Assembly (NCBI GenBank): GCA_040954595.2
Contig: CM082584.2
Span: 12,809,166 to 12,873,165 of the forward strand
Length of the DNA stretch: 64,000 nucleotides
Direction of reading: 5' to 3'
From: Balanoglossus misakiensis
Lineage: Eukaryota > Animalia > Hemichordata
Below, in pieces: positions 14,401-29,300 of this stretch (position 1 is its first letter; every line of letters starts with the position of its first letter). The translations under genes and the position numbers were made by a program. The notes under the pieces were generated by a model. The model saw only the letters and a program-made list of their open reading frames with translations, was not told the origin of the DNA and searched no databases.

Positions 14401-15810
14401 AAGTGAAAATAACAACATGCAGCAAAGACAAGTGGCTTGTATGCTGCACTACCTTGAACAAAATACTACAAATCAATTCTTTCTCTTTTCTTTCACAGAT
14501 TAATCAATACTTTACAGCCAGGATCTGTCAAAAAGGTTAATGAAAGTAAAATGGCTTTCAAGCAGGTACGTGAGTTTCAAAATTTTGCAAGGGATGGTCA
14601 GTTTTCACCAAAAATGATATTCCTTACAATTGATCATTGCATTATGTGAGAAAGTCGCATTAATGCATATCTATATTTATTCTTAATTTCAGATGGAAAA
14701 TATCAATTCTTTCTTGCAAGGTGCAACAGCATATGGAGTTCCGTCAATGTCCCTATTCCAAACTGTAGATCTTTATGAAAAACAAAACATGGTTTCTGTA
14801 AGTTGATACTTTTAGTGTTTCCTTCAGTGTCTTGACACTTTGAACAATGCCCATATTGTTGTCCATAGCCTGGCAGTATTAAAGAGCATGAATGATGAAG
14901 TAAAAACTTATTTAAAGGCAGCCAGAATTGTCAGGTTCAAAACATGTGCACATCAAAGTGTAAAACATGTTAATTTGCATCTCTGTAATCTGAGAGGTCG
15001 AGTAATTGACTCAGTGCACCCTTGATAAAGATGTTTAGAAAATCACCTGCTGTTTCCTATAAGTTCACTTCAATGTTCCGCAGAATGCAAAAGTTGAGAT
15101 GGAGTAAAGGTGTGCCACGGGATTGCATGATCAGTTTCCAACTTCACATTGATTATAACACTCTGTTAACAACTGGCTACACCAGCAGCTTTTGTGCATT
15201 ATCCCCAGCAGGGGTTTAATTGCACCTTGCGGTCATGTTTAGATGTGTGGCCGGCAGTGAACTCTAAAATAGAAGCAAGAATTGCCGACATCAATTATCA
15301 CTTTACAGAAACTGGCCTGAGAAATACACAGGGGAAAATATTAAGTGAACCCACAATTGCTGTAGCCTGTTTAGCATCAGTGATTGAGATCTCGTCATTA
15401 TTTTGCAGGTTTTGGATTGTCTTTGGTCCTTGGCCTCAATGGTAAGTCTTAACTTTTAAATTAATATGCAGGTGTAATTCCATTACTTGTTGGAAAATCT
15501 GTCCCCAGTAGAGCAATATCTAACTGTGCATGCATTTCACTTTGTTTAGTATTGTGATCCAATATGATCAATGAATCATTCTGTGGTGATATATTGTACA
15601 ATACAAACTGATCTTTATCATTATTTTCAGGCCCAAAAGAAGGGATGGTCTGGTCCACAGTGGGGTGTCAAAGTGGCTGACAAAAACGTTCGAGAATTTG
15701 ATGAAGAAACCTTGCGTCGTGGTGAGGCTGTGCTACCACAGCAAGCAGGCTACACAGGGGGTGCCACCCAAGCTGGAATGACTGCATATGGTACATCTAG
15801 GCACATGTAA
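8466..15810 (+). CDS. myophilin/transgelin-like protein (calponin-homology domain plus one calponin repeat), isoform with first exon 1a, 191 aa
   Basis: Exons 8466-8516, 13000-13139, 14499-14565, 14693-14797, 15409-15441, 15631-15810, all GT-AG and in frame. Translation MASRPTGYGMTAELKAK-QRSKYDIEREREARQWIEAV...[39 protein letters not shown]...FQTVDLYEKQNM...GPQWGVKVADKNVREFDEETLRRGEAVLPQQAGYTGGATQAGMTAYGTSRHM*. AATAAA at 16169 and 16184. Confidence 0.95.
10380..10530 (+). promoter_or_regulatory. candidate promoter of exon 1b (MEF2-like site, CRE, TATA box)
   Basis: CTATAAATAA at 10380-10389 (MEF2 consensus YTAWWWWTAR), TGACGTCA at 10502-10509, TATAAAA at 10524-10530; motif matches only. Confidence 0.45.
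10689..10739 (+). CDS. alternative first coding exon 1b of the myophilin/transgelin-like gene
   Basis: AAACATGG start context, MANRGRSFGLSAELKAK, donor AAG|GTGAGT. Same length (51 nt) and phase (0) as exon 1a; typical transgelin-family N-terminus (MANRGPxYGLS-like). Confidence 0.9.
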
Positions 15811-18800
15811 ATTCACGTCTCAAATTGGTTACCAGGCCCAGCAGTGTAATACACTCTGAGATCCCATAGATTATCAAAATGTATTTAGTATTTCATACCA
15901 ATTTACTGTTCATTGTAGTTACATGTTTTTCTGTGTAAAAAAGTGTTTTCTGACTGTTGGTGAATGAAGACTTGTATGATGATATTCATAATCACAAGGG
16001 AATACTTCTTGCATTTCTTCGATTGTGAGAACTTGTACATTGATCTATCTGAAGAGATGTTATCAGGTACAACTAGCTATAAGCTCTGCACCAGACTTCA
16101 GTCCAAACAAAGTTTTCTGTCCACAATTACCAGTTAAAGGGAATAAGAGGTTTATTATCAGTGACTCAAATAAATGTTTGGTAAATAAAATGTATTGTTT
16201 GTGTCCTATAAAAGTATAAACCTGACATTATTATACATTTGAAACAATTTCTTGTACTCAATCAAATTGCTTGATGAGGTTGTGTTTCCTTGTGGTCCTG
16301 TAATTTTTATAGAGTACAGTAACTTTTTGCCAGTATTTGATGTTCTTCTCCTGCTTACAGTGCTACAGATTTTGCACTCTAAGTTTATACGACTTTAGGA
16401 TCATTAGAAGATGTACTACACAATTCAGGTATAAAAACACCTGGCAACTTGATATATCATTAAACTAATAAATATGTTAAGTACCTGTCATATATTCACC
16501 TCCTTGTCGCTACTGACACTGCAAATATCAACCTGCAACTGGATCAAAGTTCATGACCCTTTGACCATATATAATCCCTCAGCGTCTCTGAGTAAAATTC
16601 ATGTTTTCTTATGCTTCTTATGCAAGTTGGAAGAAATTTCACCAAATTACCTTCTCTGACACAATTGCACATTGTCAAAAACCAGCATATTCACACTTTC
16701 AACACCACGCAGAAACTAAACTATATTTTTATTTGTGAGACATTCCATATAATATACTGTTTGCATTCCTGTCAGTGCTTTTAATTGCATTCCAAGGTTA
16801 CTTTGACTTAGTGTAGAAGAATCCCAAAATCTATCAAAACATTCTTATTTTCTTCAAACTTTAGTCTTGTCAGTTCCCTTTTCGTAGTTAGTATTGAAAT
16901 ATTCACTTTTTGTTCTAAAATTTTGAGGCTTTTTGAACAAATCTCGGCTGAACTAAACGGGAACCCTTGATTACACATTTGACTGCTTGGTAGTTAAAAC
17001 AACTATGATATGTGGTCTTTGATTGGTCAATACACAGAGAGAAACATAAAGCTGTCTGGGATTGGTTGAATTAATAGCCAGCCACGCTTTGTGTTCTGTA
17101 CATGGCCAATTGAATCTTTTGATACATCAATGTTTCACTTCATCAATTTAACTGGAAATATAATAAAGATATGGACATTTTATTTTAGTTTTTGATGTTT
17201 AAACTTTTAGTCTGACAGAAAGTGACATGAACACTTTGCATTTACTGCAATTATTGATAGTACTTGATTTATAAAGTTTAACAGTAATGCCTCTTTGTTT
17301 CTGATAGAGATAGAAGCTTCTTAAATAAAAACATGAACGACAGAAAATGACAAGATGTTGTACTTTTTTCTTGGGTGTAGAAGCGCTGGGGAAGTATGTT
17401 CATTAAGAGAGAGTTATTCTAATGGATTTTCAAGTGTCCCTACAATTACACAAACTCCATATTTTCAAAATTTAAATAGACTTTGTTTTCGCTCATTACA
17501 TATGAAATGCCAAAACCTGTCTATTTTCTTGCTGCAAATTCTGACTTTATAAATCTGCAATTTGCATATTCAAACATCCGCGGACCGGAAGCCATATTGC
17601 CACGTGCTGTTTGTCATACCCGCCGTTGGTGGCGATATAAACGATTCCAGCTCAGAGAGAACAGCCCAAAGAAACCGTGTACAACAGGTGCAAATCCACG
17701 AGTTTTTAATATATATTTAAATTATTTGGCTTGGGGCCAACTCTCAGTTAATGTAAATTGTCTGGCGCCTCTATGTTTTGCACCAGGTCAAAGAGTCTGG
17801 TGGAGAGCGTAATTGACCAATCACAAGCGCTGTTTATACCTGCTTCAGGTGTGCGGAAAGTAATTGACCAATCACAATTATCGGGGTCTAAATTAGGGGT
17901 CACTGAATATCGGTCGCTTTGCCACGTGCTGGTGCATGCTATCCGAACTGTTTGTCCGAACTGCAATTTCTGATGAACGCTTTCAGTTCACAATATTGAA
18001 TAAATTGCTCACCTATTTTCTCTCGTGTGCTGCAGTCTTGAGTAATTTTCTTCGTCAGGAAAAAACACCAAACACGTTGGATATTGCTGAACCGCACAAA
18101 AGTAAAAAGAAAAAGCAAAACAAAAACGAAAATCGAGGAAATACGAGACTGTCCGCAAGCTCCGTCTGTTCTGTAATATTAAATGTCGCCACCTACGGTG
18201 GGTATACTGTAGACACTGTGCGCATATATGTCAAAGAACTTTTGCAGAACAGGTGCTTTCTGTCTAGCCGACGTACTCGTGTTTTGAATATATATTTAAA
18301 TGTTATGACTTTGTGGTTAACGAGGTGTTACATGTAAATTAACTAGGTCACCAATTGGGGCATGTACCAGACTTTGTTTAGTAAAACTTTTTTCCTATAT
18401 TGGCAGGCATGTGGTAGGTATGGTAGCTAGTTCTGGAGGATGATATTATAATGAAAGAACTAAAAAAGAAATCAAACAAAACATTTTCCTTTTCACATTA
18501 TACTGTCTTTATTACAAAACAAATCAAACTGACCTTTTTTTGTCTTTTTTGTGTTTAAGTACAAAAATGTAATTTTAAGTACATACAATGGAGAAATGAT
18601 ATAGAAATATGCAATATGGGGAAACTACTCAATAAGCATATCTCAAAAAAACATGTATTCACAGTATCGTTTGTTACAGCTTGACTACGACCCAAGAGCA
18701 ACACTGCCCTCTGGAGGCTAATTCTAACCTGCTAAGGTTCTAAGAATTACCCATAATGCTTTACTTGGTATGTACAAATTTCATTGCTAAGACAAAAAAA

Positions 18801-20373
18801 TTTAGGTGGGTTTGACAATGTATATAAAGCAACACCTGAGACCCTAGGTTACATCTGACCAAAGGGAAAAAAACACAAAACAACTTTAAAACAGAACAGA
18901 CAGACCAAAGGAGAAGAAAGAGATATGGATATGAAAAAGATACAAATGTACGTCCTCTGATGATGGCAAGTCCATGCATTGTTTGGGTTGGTTGGTTAGA
19001 CTTGTACTGGTTACAATGGCAGAGTTGGATCAATACGGAACCCAGGAGTGGAAGGTCTAAAAACTCAAACATAATCATCACTCCTTTTATACCTGTTGTT
19101 GAAACTTCCCATCATCATATCAATACATCTAATAATATGTAAGACTGTAATAATCATAACAAACACCCCAAGGACAGAAAACGTCACAAAACAATGAAAT
19201 GTACACATGGAAAATATTAGAAATAAATAAATTTTTCAATCTGTGAACCACATGACTGTTTTGAGCACTCCACTCTCCAAAATACTAAAGATAATCCTTT
19301 TCCCAGCGTTTTCATTCTGGGTATTTTGGCAAAAACAGTTATACACCCGATATGCTACGTCTCTATTGGCAATAGTACTTGGGCTTGTGGACAGTAAAAC
19401 AAGAAAATGCTAGACATATTTTACTGTCAAGGGAATAATTTGATTGCTGCACCTACCCTATTTTTTTTCCAAACTATTTTTTGATTTTGCAGAAATTTCT
19501 GCTGGGACTGTTCCTAGAAGCTGCATCTTGTGGCAAAATAAATACTGGACTTGGGGGAAAATCTTGAGTTGTTGGGAGAAACTTTTTGGACAAGAACAAA
19601 AACCATCTTAGGATGAGAAGAAAATGACCCAAATTTGTGAATATTTCTGAATAAGAACAGAACAAAAGACATTAATGGCAAATAGCATCTAAAAACTGCC
19701 ATCAACGAAAGTATAGTAAAATGAATAGGACTAAAAAAATTCTGGCACGGTCACCTCAACATGCCATGTTTCTTTGTACGTTAAAAATCTTGTAATTATG
19801 GTTCACAAATTGATAAAATCTCTTTTTTCACTTGGATTCATAAACTATTCTGATCGCAAGCAATACAAACATTGCATAAATAGTCTAAAAATAAACTATC
19901 ATCTAACTTTTGGGACAAAATCTACCCTGCAGTATAAAAAAAAACATTTCAATATCCTCTCCATATACACTATCATAATATTTACATTTCATAAGGAATC
20001 TCTGTAAGTATATTTTTATATAAATATGAAAAGCTGGATGGAAATGTGGGAGTAGAACAACATACATTAAGTAGCTTCTGTTGGTTCAAACTGGTTGGAA
20101 CTGGTTTTAACCAATAAAGAATTGTGTTTGAGAAGATTCATGCTGAAGCTGGTTCGAATCATGAGTCAATGTCACCTACCATGTGACTTTGACCAGTTAC
20201 AACCAGTCTAAACAAGTTCAATCTGCATTTACTGATGAAACAAAAAAAATGTGGGCTCATCACAACTGCATTGTAATATCAAGTATAATCTTGGCAATAA
20301 TTGAATGTTTGTTCTGGCCTCAATTTCATCCAAGCCTCACAAATTTGTATTTTGTGTGTGTCCAGTTTCTCTG

Positions 20374-23300
20374 TTAACACGATGTATCCACCATGTGAAC
20401 TTGTACTGGTGCCTGTAATTGATGACAAGCGGCGGACGATGACAGAACAGTCTGCGGTGGCGGTTGTGGGTCGATCAAACTTTTTTCCACCGACAGAGGT
20501 TCTGGTTCCACGTACTCGCTGTCTTCGTGCGGCGTCATTGTGCTGTATCCGTGATCACTCTCTGCTCCACCACCCCTCCACACTCTGGCATTTTGTCGAC
20601 GATGTTCGTGATGTGGTGCGTGTTCGATGGTGGCAATTATTATATTTGTATGACCTGTTGACATCAATGGAAAGTAAGGAAATGTATGAAATGAAAGGTA
20701 GTCTAAACACAACATGTTTCAACCCTGCTGATCACAAATGTCTTTCACTAAATATAGCAGTACTCAGGAAGAAATTTGGATAAACAGACATTATTATATT
20801 TATTCATCACAAATATCCAGCTTTGCATTAAACCTCACCTGCACCGTTGTCATCCGTGGGATCATCATCTTGGTCTCTTTCATTATCCAGGTGCGACATT
20901 CTGACCGATGTTTCCGGCGTGTGAGTGAATTCCTGTCTTCTCAATCTCTGTACATGCTGTCTGTAGACGTACATGATAAGTCCCAGCACCAGAATGCATC
21001 CCATAATACCTCCTGCAACTGGTCCTACGGGGGCGCTCTGTATGACAGCTGGTAGTTCCTCTTCGGCTGCTGCAAGGTGGAGACAGGAGGTGATGTTAGA
21101 CTTTGTTTGTACAACACTGACCATAACAACTACAACATCAGGCATCACAGCATCACTGAATGCCCTGTACTCATCCAGGAACGTAAACCAGGTAAATGAA
21201 TTTAAAGATAAAATCATCAACAGGCTAAAAAGTACATGGCTTACCTATCTGGTCAGCATAGGGTGTATTTGCACCAACAACTCCACCAAAACAAACCCTT
21301 TGACTTGCACAGTACGGTTTAGCCAAGGCAGTCTTCCTATCCTTATCCATTTCACACCATTCACAGTCAAGAACTCCAAAACAGTCACTGTCAAAACAAA
21401 AACCCATCAAACCATGTCAGCAATAAACAATGATGCACATGGAAAAACAGACAACAACTCTAGTCTTTATCCCAGATTTGCATGAAGTGAGAAAACACTG
21501 GGAAATTCTCTCACCTTTTGCTTCTTCTCTCGTGACATTTCGGATCAAAACACTGCGGCAGACCCTCCGCCAAATCAGGATCCAGCTCTGGTAGTTTCAC
21601 TGGTTCAGGCGGTATAGTACAACTTGGATTCCTGTGGTCGACAAAGGATAAAAATCAAATTATCAGACACGAATAAACATCAAATTGATTGACACGAATG
21701 GCTTATAGTGTGCTCACAGTTGACCAATGATACTGGGAAATGGTTTTCTCTATTATCCAGTATGCCCCTTCCCAAAGGTAAACCCTTCTCACCTTTCTTC
21801 ATGGTCTTTGAGATTTCCATTGCACTGGTCCATCTCCAAGGAACATTCACACGGACACTCACACTCTGTCTGTTCCATCCGATGACAATTCAGACAAAGA
21901 CGATCCACCTGTGATTGCAAAGAGTACACCACAATATCAGCTACAGTCAGAGAAGGAAGAGGGGTAGTATGGCTCTATCTTTGGAAGAATATTTCATGTT
22001 TAACAATATAAGGAATCAGAGTCCCATTTGAAATTTTTTATCAATCCACTGCTAGCTTAGATACAGGCAGCTCATAACAGACCAATCACAGAACACTTAC
22101 CATACTACAAGGGCAGAAAGCTGTGATGTCTTCACAAGTCTGGTTGACAATACCAAGGAAGGAGTTTGTACCAGGGATGTGTGTGATCTCGTACTTGGAG
22201 CAGTGTTCTCCATGCACTAAGTTTGTCAGTATTCCATTGAAAGAGGCATTAAACTGGTAGAATCTCTGAACTGTCCGGTCATTGTAACCGTTACACAGCT
22301 TCTTGCGTACAAAACCAGCGTGATTCAGAATGTCATTGGCAACCAGTGGTTCCTGTTGTGAAATTCATACACACATTTGTAAGTATGTGACATGATAGAG
22401 AAAATAAATTCATAAATGCCAAGTCCTGACACTTTATCACAGAGATTCTGCAGAAACTATAATGTGACTATATAATGTCCATACCTTGTGTGTGATGTGA
22501 GTCTGTTCAGCAGGTCCTTTGCCAGCTGGCTCAATCAGACCAGAATGTGCAATCAGGTAGCCTTTATCATCAAGAATGAAACACCTGCAACAGAATACAT
22601 GTAATCAACTTTACCCAGGCTGTTTCAGTGAACGAGAGAACAAGATGGTTGCAATACTATATTCGCTGCTGGGGTATCTGTATCAGCACTTTGTAGAAAT
22701 AGCAAATGAGTGATGGGCACGCATCTTACCTGATATTTTCCACTGTACACACTGGAAACAGTTCTGTCATCATCTTGTAGAAATATCTGATTGTGAAGTC
22801 AATACCCATGACAGACACCACACGGTCATCGTTGGAGTGTCTCTGGTCAACCCTGACGTGAGAGAAGAAAAAACGTTTGGTATACACTCTTCCTGTCCAT
22901 CACAATGTCTTGTCGTCAATGAACAGACTTACATGTATATGTATGGAGGGAAACCAAAATGCTCAGACCTTGGATAATACATACCTTCCTTCAAAGACGC
23001 TGTGACTGAGAGTCACAATATACCCAGCACCACCGACATCCAAGTATGGAGCAGACAACGTCACTTGACCTGGGTTCTCCATTGCTCTTGTGTACCTGTA
23101 ATGAAGATCAAAGAATTACACTTTTTATGGGGTTGTGTACAAGGAAGTAATGGAACCAGAAACTCTGTTTAATGTTCAAGAACATGACTCTCATAGAGCA
23201 TCTAGTTTAATACACCCTGCAGAATAATCCATTCTCACGATGAACACTTACCATGCCTGTTTAGTTGGGTCCATACTCTTATCCATGTAGGTGCCTGGAT

Positions 23301-26300
23301 ACACTCTGTATATTCCGTTCGTGGTAGCAATGTATCTCCTTACGATGTAATCTCTGATGTCACTGTTTTCAACCTGGTTCTTCCAGTGTTTGTCAATGCC
23401 ACTGGTGGCTGCTACATCATTCTTTATGGCAGGCTGTGCACAAGACAGAAAGACAGAAATATTACATAAGGTTGTGTTATTAACACATGACTATTTAGCT
23501 AGTGATGTGGCTGTCTCAATCTGTTTCTGTCTGACTAAAAGCACACTTCTTACCTTGAGTCCAGGGTTGACTATGAGTCTAGTGTTGTCATTCAGATAGG
23601 CCATGTAATGCTGGACCATTCTTTTGGTTTCATCCTGGCTGAGATGTTCAAATGGGGCTGTGAAGCTCCCAGCTGATAACATCATGGTGTTGGATTCTGC
23701 AGGTCAAAACATTCCATTCCAAGTTCAGTACATTGCAAGTCAAATATGACGTGTGTTGTTTGCTCTAAACACAGACTATATTGATATGAAAGTATTTATG
23801 TGGTGGTTAAATAACAGTCCATTTGGTATGATATACTTAAGGGGGAGAATATGAGAATGGGACACAGTAGACTTTCAGGACGTACCTTTAGTGGCAAGCT
23901 GCTTGAGATGCATACATAGAGAGTCTGTGGGCATTGTGTCTAGTCTGTGATACACAACTTTGTCATCTGTTGGTACTGTGAATAAAAGCAGAAAGAAAAT
24001 GAGATCATTGTCAGCTGACTGAACAGAAAATGTCAACACTAAATACTACTTGGTGTATGTCACAAAGTAATAATTCTGTGATTAACACGACGACGTACCA
24101 TTGATGTGTCTGAGATGTTTCATGTCAAAGTCTTGTTCCACTAACACAATGCACACAGAATAGTGAGTGTTTTCAATCTTCTTCCATGTGTACAGTGCCA
24201 TACTGGTTTCTCTGCCTTTCTTCTGTGCCAACGTTGCATTGTTTGGAACTTCCAGCATCCGGCTGCCACTCTCACCACTGTGGAAAAACACACACACAAC
24301 AAATCACATACAGACACCAAACTAAGATGCTTCCACCCCTATTTCAAAGTGACCAGACCCGGCCACATGAGTGATAAAGGTTCTGGATTCTATGCAACAG
24401 GGTAATACCAGCCCCAGAAACTTACCTGAGTAGTGACTGTCTAATTTCTGAGAAGCCTGGCACTTGCTCAAAGTGACTGATATCTGCATGCATTGGTTGA
24501 TCGTTGACAAAGCATGGTCTGGGTAGTGTTGGATGCTGCAGTGTGTAACCTAGGAAAAGAGACGAAAAACTCATTAATGAGAAAAGCATTGAACCAGAAT
24601 TGGTACAACTGGGACTGCAGTTTCTTTCACTTCAAGAAAGACAAACTTTGAAGACTTACCTTGGTTGTCCACCATGAAGGCATACGACAACTCCCCCTCT
24701 TCAAAATAAGTGACATCTTCCAAGATGTCTCCCATGTTGAGATCAATACCCACAATGCCCAGCAATCTGTTGTTATAGTAACACGTCTGTGTGATAGTCA
24801 TTATCAGACCTGCCAAGTAAACAAAGACATTGCTGATCATAATTTCGCCAGTGAAGTACAATGGTTCTCTAGAAGCAAAACATGTTCGCATGACTAAGTG
24901 GTGTCTGACAAAATTACACATGGTGATTATGGGCTTACCTTTGCCAATGCGATCCATGTATGGAAGTGTAAACACAGGTTCTGTGCTCATGTTGTTGGGC
25001 AAGATGGAATAGAACCGACCCACGGTGGATGGCAGGTTGCTGATGATGTTTAATACTGTCATGATTCCCTTCTGTAATCAAATAAACACCTTGGAAATTA
25101 ACGTGTGTGTTCAAACATACTCGTTCTTCATATGAAGAGTAGTTCATTTTTTATACATGTTCCTTGGATAGATGGAGAATAAAAGTTCTTTTTTGGAAAA
25201 CAATGTAGGTTGTGCTAACCTTTCTTGGCCGTGTGTCCAGCTGTGGTGGGATCACCTGATATTTGTCGCTGTTCTGCTCTGCCATGTCACGCAGAAATGC
25301 CAGTTCATCCAGACCAGTTTTCCCATCTGTGTTGGAAACATGTACAGACAGTGAGACTTTCAACTTTCCAGACTGCTGCATGGGCTCTCTCAGTGCATAT
25401 ATGTACTTAACACTAATACAGTGTAACACTAAAACAAGGTCTCCATCCCTTACCCACATGTCACGTCAGACTTACCTTCAACTAATGCATAAGTCATGAT
25501 GATCACTTTGTTGTTCAACTTGGCATTCTCATCCACGATTGAATTCATGACCGTTTTGACTTCGTCTGGTCCTGAGGTGTGACCTGAACTGATGTAGAGG
25601 ATCATCAGAGCATCTGAAAGAAGGTGAGAATTGTCAATTTAATTAAAACCTCCTCACAACTAAAGAAGATTGGCTGAACTGGAATGTCGTTTCATAAAAT
25701 GTCAGAACTGGAATTTTAACCACATACCCGTATTTAAGGCGTTAGCACCACGGGCCTTGATGGAATTCTTCATCAAATTGAACGTATGAAGGATGGCCTG
25801 TGTATGATTAGTTGCACCTGAATGACAGAAAAGATACATCCATAAATTTCACACAAGAAATGAATATCTGAACTGGCTAGCATAATGCAATGCAAATAAA
25901 GGTGTGTATGTATGTCATAGTCTAGTTTCCTTGTATGTGTCAAATTCTCCCCACACCTATTTGACAATACACCTTATACTCACCACTGTCTCCTTTGATT
26001 GTCTGTATAAATTTACTGAGTTGTCGCTTGGTTTCCATGGTTGCTGGTGCTAGCTGATTTGCATAGCAGTTATCATCTTTACATGTCTGCACAGTGGAGG
26101 CCACACTCAGGACGCCGATCTACGTGAAATATCAAGCAGAGACATAAAATATGAACGGCTGAAAGTAATGGGACAGTCCATCCAACTTCAATGTTTTCAA
26201 TGTTTGAATTGGTCACATTGCTGTTTTATATTACTTCAATAATAGGTACTAACCCTGTCCTTCTCTGACAAAGTGTCTAGAGCAATCCCAGCAGCCCTCT

Positions 26301-29300
26301 TGGCGATGTTCAGGAGGTCCTCGCTGACCTCTGACCCCCGATCTACCAAGACCACTAAATGTTTTGCCTGGGGTCTAATTGTAGCTGCATATATTGATCT
26401 ACAGGGAGAGAAAAGAAATACGACCAAAATTATAATTTGATACAAAGACCACACAACCAGACGTGGTGTACTTTTATTTTCGCTTGTCCACATGGCAACC
26501 CCTACAAGGAATGGAACAGTCCGTCAACAACTATGAACGCCCTCAATGTACCAAACAGAAATGCTTTTGTTTATGGTGAGCAACAAACAGTAAGCCGAGT
26601 AGAGTCTACAGTTTCTATAACTTTAAACATCAATTTTTTTCACTTACTTGCTGCGAGCATCCAAATCTTCCCCACATGAGACACTGATGTCGGCGTTGTT
26701 AAAATTTGTGGCCGGAAAGATATTGTGGACTCCTTCCTCGGCACTGAAGTACTGCCATTTCAACGACGGAAAGTCACGTAAATTTGCAGTAAAGACTACA
26801 GACAAATTGGAAACAAATTATGAGTAAAAATTACAGTTTATATTCCTTGTATTGTATTGTATTGTATGGTATTGCATGGTATGATTCTGCTTTGTACTGA
26901 GGTCAAGGCATGATAGATCATAAAATTGTGCAGCTGCCAGGCCAGCCTACTGTATTTGTAGATATTTATGGGTTGCTTACTTTGTGTTAGATTTTTCCCT
27001 GGATTAAATACTAGTGATGGCGTCACTGGTGATGTTCTGTCACAGACATGACTTCTGGATATATTGCTTTGAAATGCCGCATCATATCTGTAAGGAAATG
27101 AACATGATTATCAGAAAACATCATTTATATAATTGACAATATGGAGGCGCATCACAGAATTCAAGCCATTAGCCCTTTCACCCCAGTTCCCTCTTTAGAG
27201 GTCCAACTGTATCATAGAAAACACTGGGTTTGGACTGAACTATGGTGGTGACAGGGTTAAAATTGTACTCACTTAAGTAAATCATTGGTCATCTGGCAGC
27301 AATCACTTCTGCCAGAGAGCGGCGTGTTTCGGTGTATCCTGTACAGCTCTTCCACTGCTGCTTTGTTATTGGCTAAAATTCTTAAATAATGGCCGAATTT
27401 GGTGCGGACCCTCCTGGCCAGTTGTTGGATCTGTTGCTCTTCATTGGGCGCTCTGTCCACATAGAGCAGCGAATCATAAATTGCCTGTGAAGGAACGAAA
27501 GAAAGAAAGAGATGTCAGTGAGAGGGGCCACACTCGATGCAGACGCAGAGTCTGTCGCACTAAATTGCATTACACAGTTTGCCTGAAAAGAGGAAACTAC
27601 ACACTGATCGAGTTGTGCAAACAACACTCCAGCAGCAGAAACACTAGCTCTACATATACTCAGGCTTCTCCTCCAAAGCTGCTGGGGTTTTCTCACACCT
27701 TTTCGATGCTTCAATTGCTGCAGAGAGGTGTCAGCACTTCAGGGGATGTCTGATGCATAGGAGACAACATAGACAAACTCACGAGACATACTCTTAACAC
27801 TACATTAATTTACAAGAAGAATCTGCGCAGTTGTGTCAAACTGGAGTTTGTTTCTTGTATTTGTAAGTTTCAATTATTGCTGATACAGTTCCTGAAGAAC
27901 AGTCAACTGTCTGTGGTACAATATCATACATCAATGCAACTAAACAGTATAGTGTTCAAATGTTACATTGGTCAATATCTAATAAGTTCTGAATAATCAA
28001 TCTCCCTGAATTCATTGGCTCTGAATTCACTTGCTTTGGGTTCACTTTGGATTCATTGGTTCAGGATTTTCTCTCTTTGAATTCACTGACTCTGGCCAGC
28101 CTTGGATTCAAATTCCCAGGATTCATAGCCTTTGGATTCATTTGCCACCAACCGATCATTGACGTATTCCCTTATAAATTGCATCTCAGTTTGTGTTTTA
28201 ATGGCACCTCTTGAAAATTTACAACATACATATATACTGGGGCTACAGTATACTCTGCGCAAGGGGCCCTATTAATGTATTTCAGATACATGTACATTGT
28301 ACTCCCTCAAATCCTTGACTGCACACAGAGTTGGAATACCGCCTCTGTAACAAGAATTTAGTATCTTGGCAATGGCTGGTGACAAGGCCAAAATGCAATG
28401 TACAGACTCAGTCTCTTAGTATTTTTATGGCCAAAATATGCTGTCTTCATTTCTGTGTGTCGTGTTGGTATCCGCCTAGGTATGTACATGTATTTCTTGG
28501 ATTTCATGTCCGCCCATAAAAACCCATCAATGAAACCACTATATGGCATTGTAAAATAATCTGTTTTAATACTACACACCTACAGAGGCACAAAGGCAAA
28601 GTCAGGGTGGGTAGGGGGAAAGGGAAACGATACACGGCGACTTTTGATGTGGTGTTTCCAACCTTCATTTTGATGCCTTAGTCACCTGACCACAGCTATA
28701 AAAGAAGCTGTTACTTCTGCCAAACTGGAGCATAAAAACTGCGGCGTACAAAGCAGGCCATACACATGGGCCTTCCTCTCAATACATTCCACTCCACCAT
28801 TATTGAAAACCATAAAATAAAACTGTGTCAAACAATATAAATTTCACTATCTTTTTCATGGTAGGAAACCCTGCCGTACATAAAACGACATCACCTCATG
28901 TCGGTTTGCTTTGTCACTGGTTAGAAATTCAAAGTCTTTCTGTGTTTTTTTTTTATTTGTTGCTGATTCTAATTTTTCCCGTCAGTACACATATGCGCTG
29001 AGGCAGGTCGTCACTATGCTAATTGTTTGTACATACAAAATCCCACAAGCTGTTCAAATTTCGACATCAGCGTGCTCATCAGAGTGGAAGCTTCACTCAA
29101 CCACGGACAGACTGGTAACTAACACAATGACGAAATGATTAAAATTCCCACACGCTAAACCAACCAATCCGCCTCACTTCAAACACACTTCTCCATTTCA
29201 TTGTCACAAAAACCCCCCACATAATTTCAAATTTTACCTATGATAATCAAACCAGAAAACAAAATCAGCAAAAGAAGGGATCTGAGGACTTACATATATA

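Noticed and set aside
21070-21220. Apparent longer CACHD1 pre-TM exon needing a non-AG acceptor
   Set aside because: A canonical phase-1 acceptor with a good pyrimidine tract exists at ~21069; the extra open frame is intronic.
20301-21485. Long plus-strand ORFs (160 and 170 aa) overlapping the CACHD1 3' exons
   Set aside because: Antisense shadows of real coding exons with no recognisable protein features.
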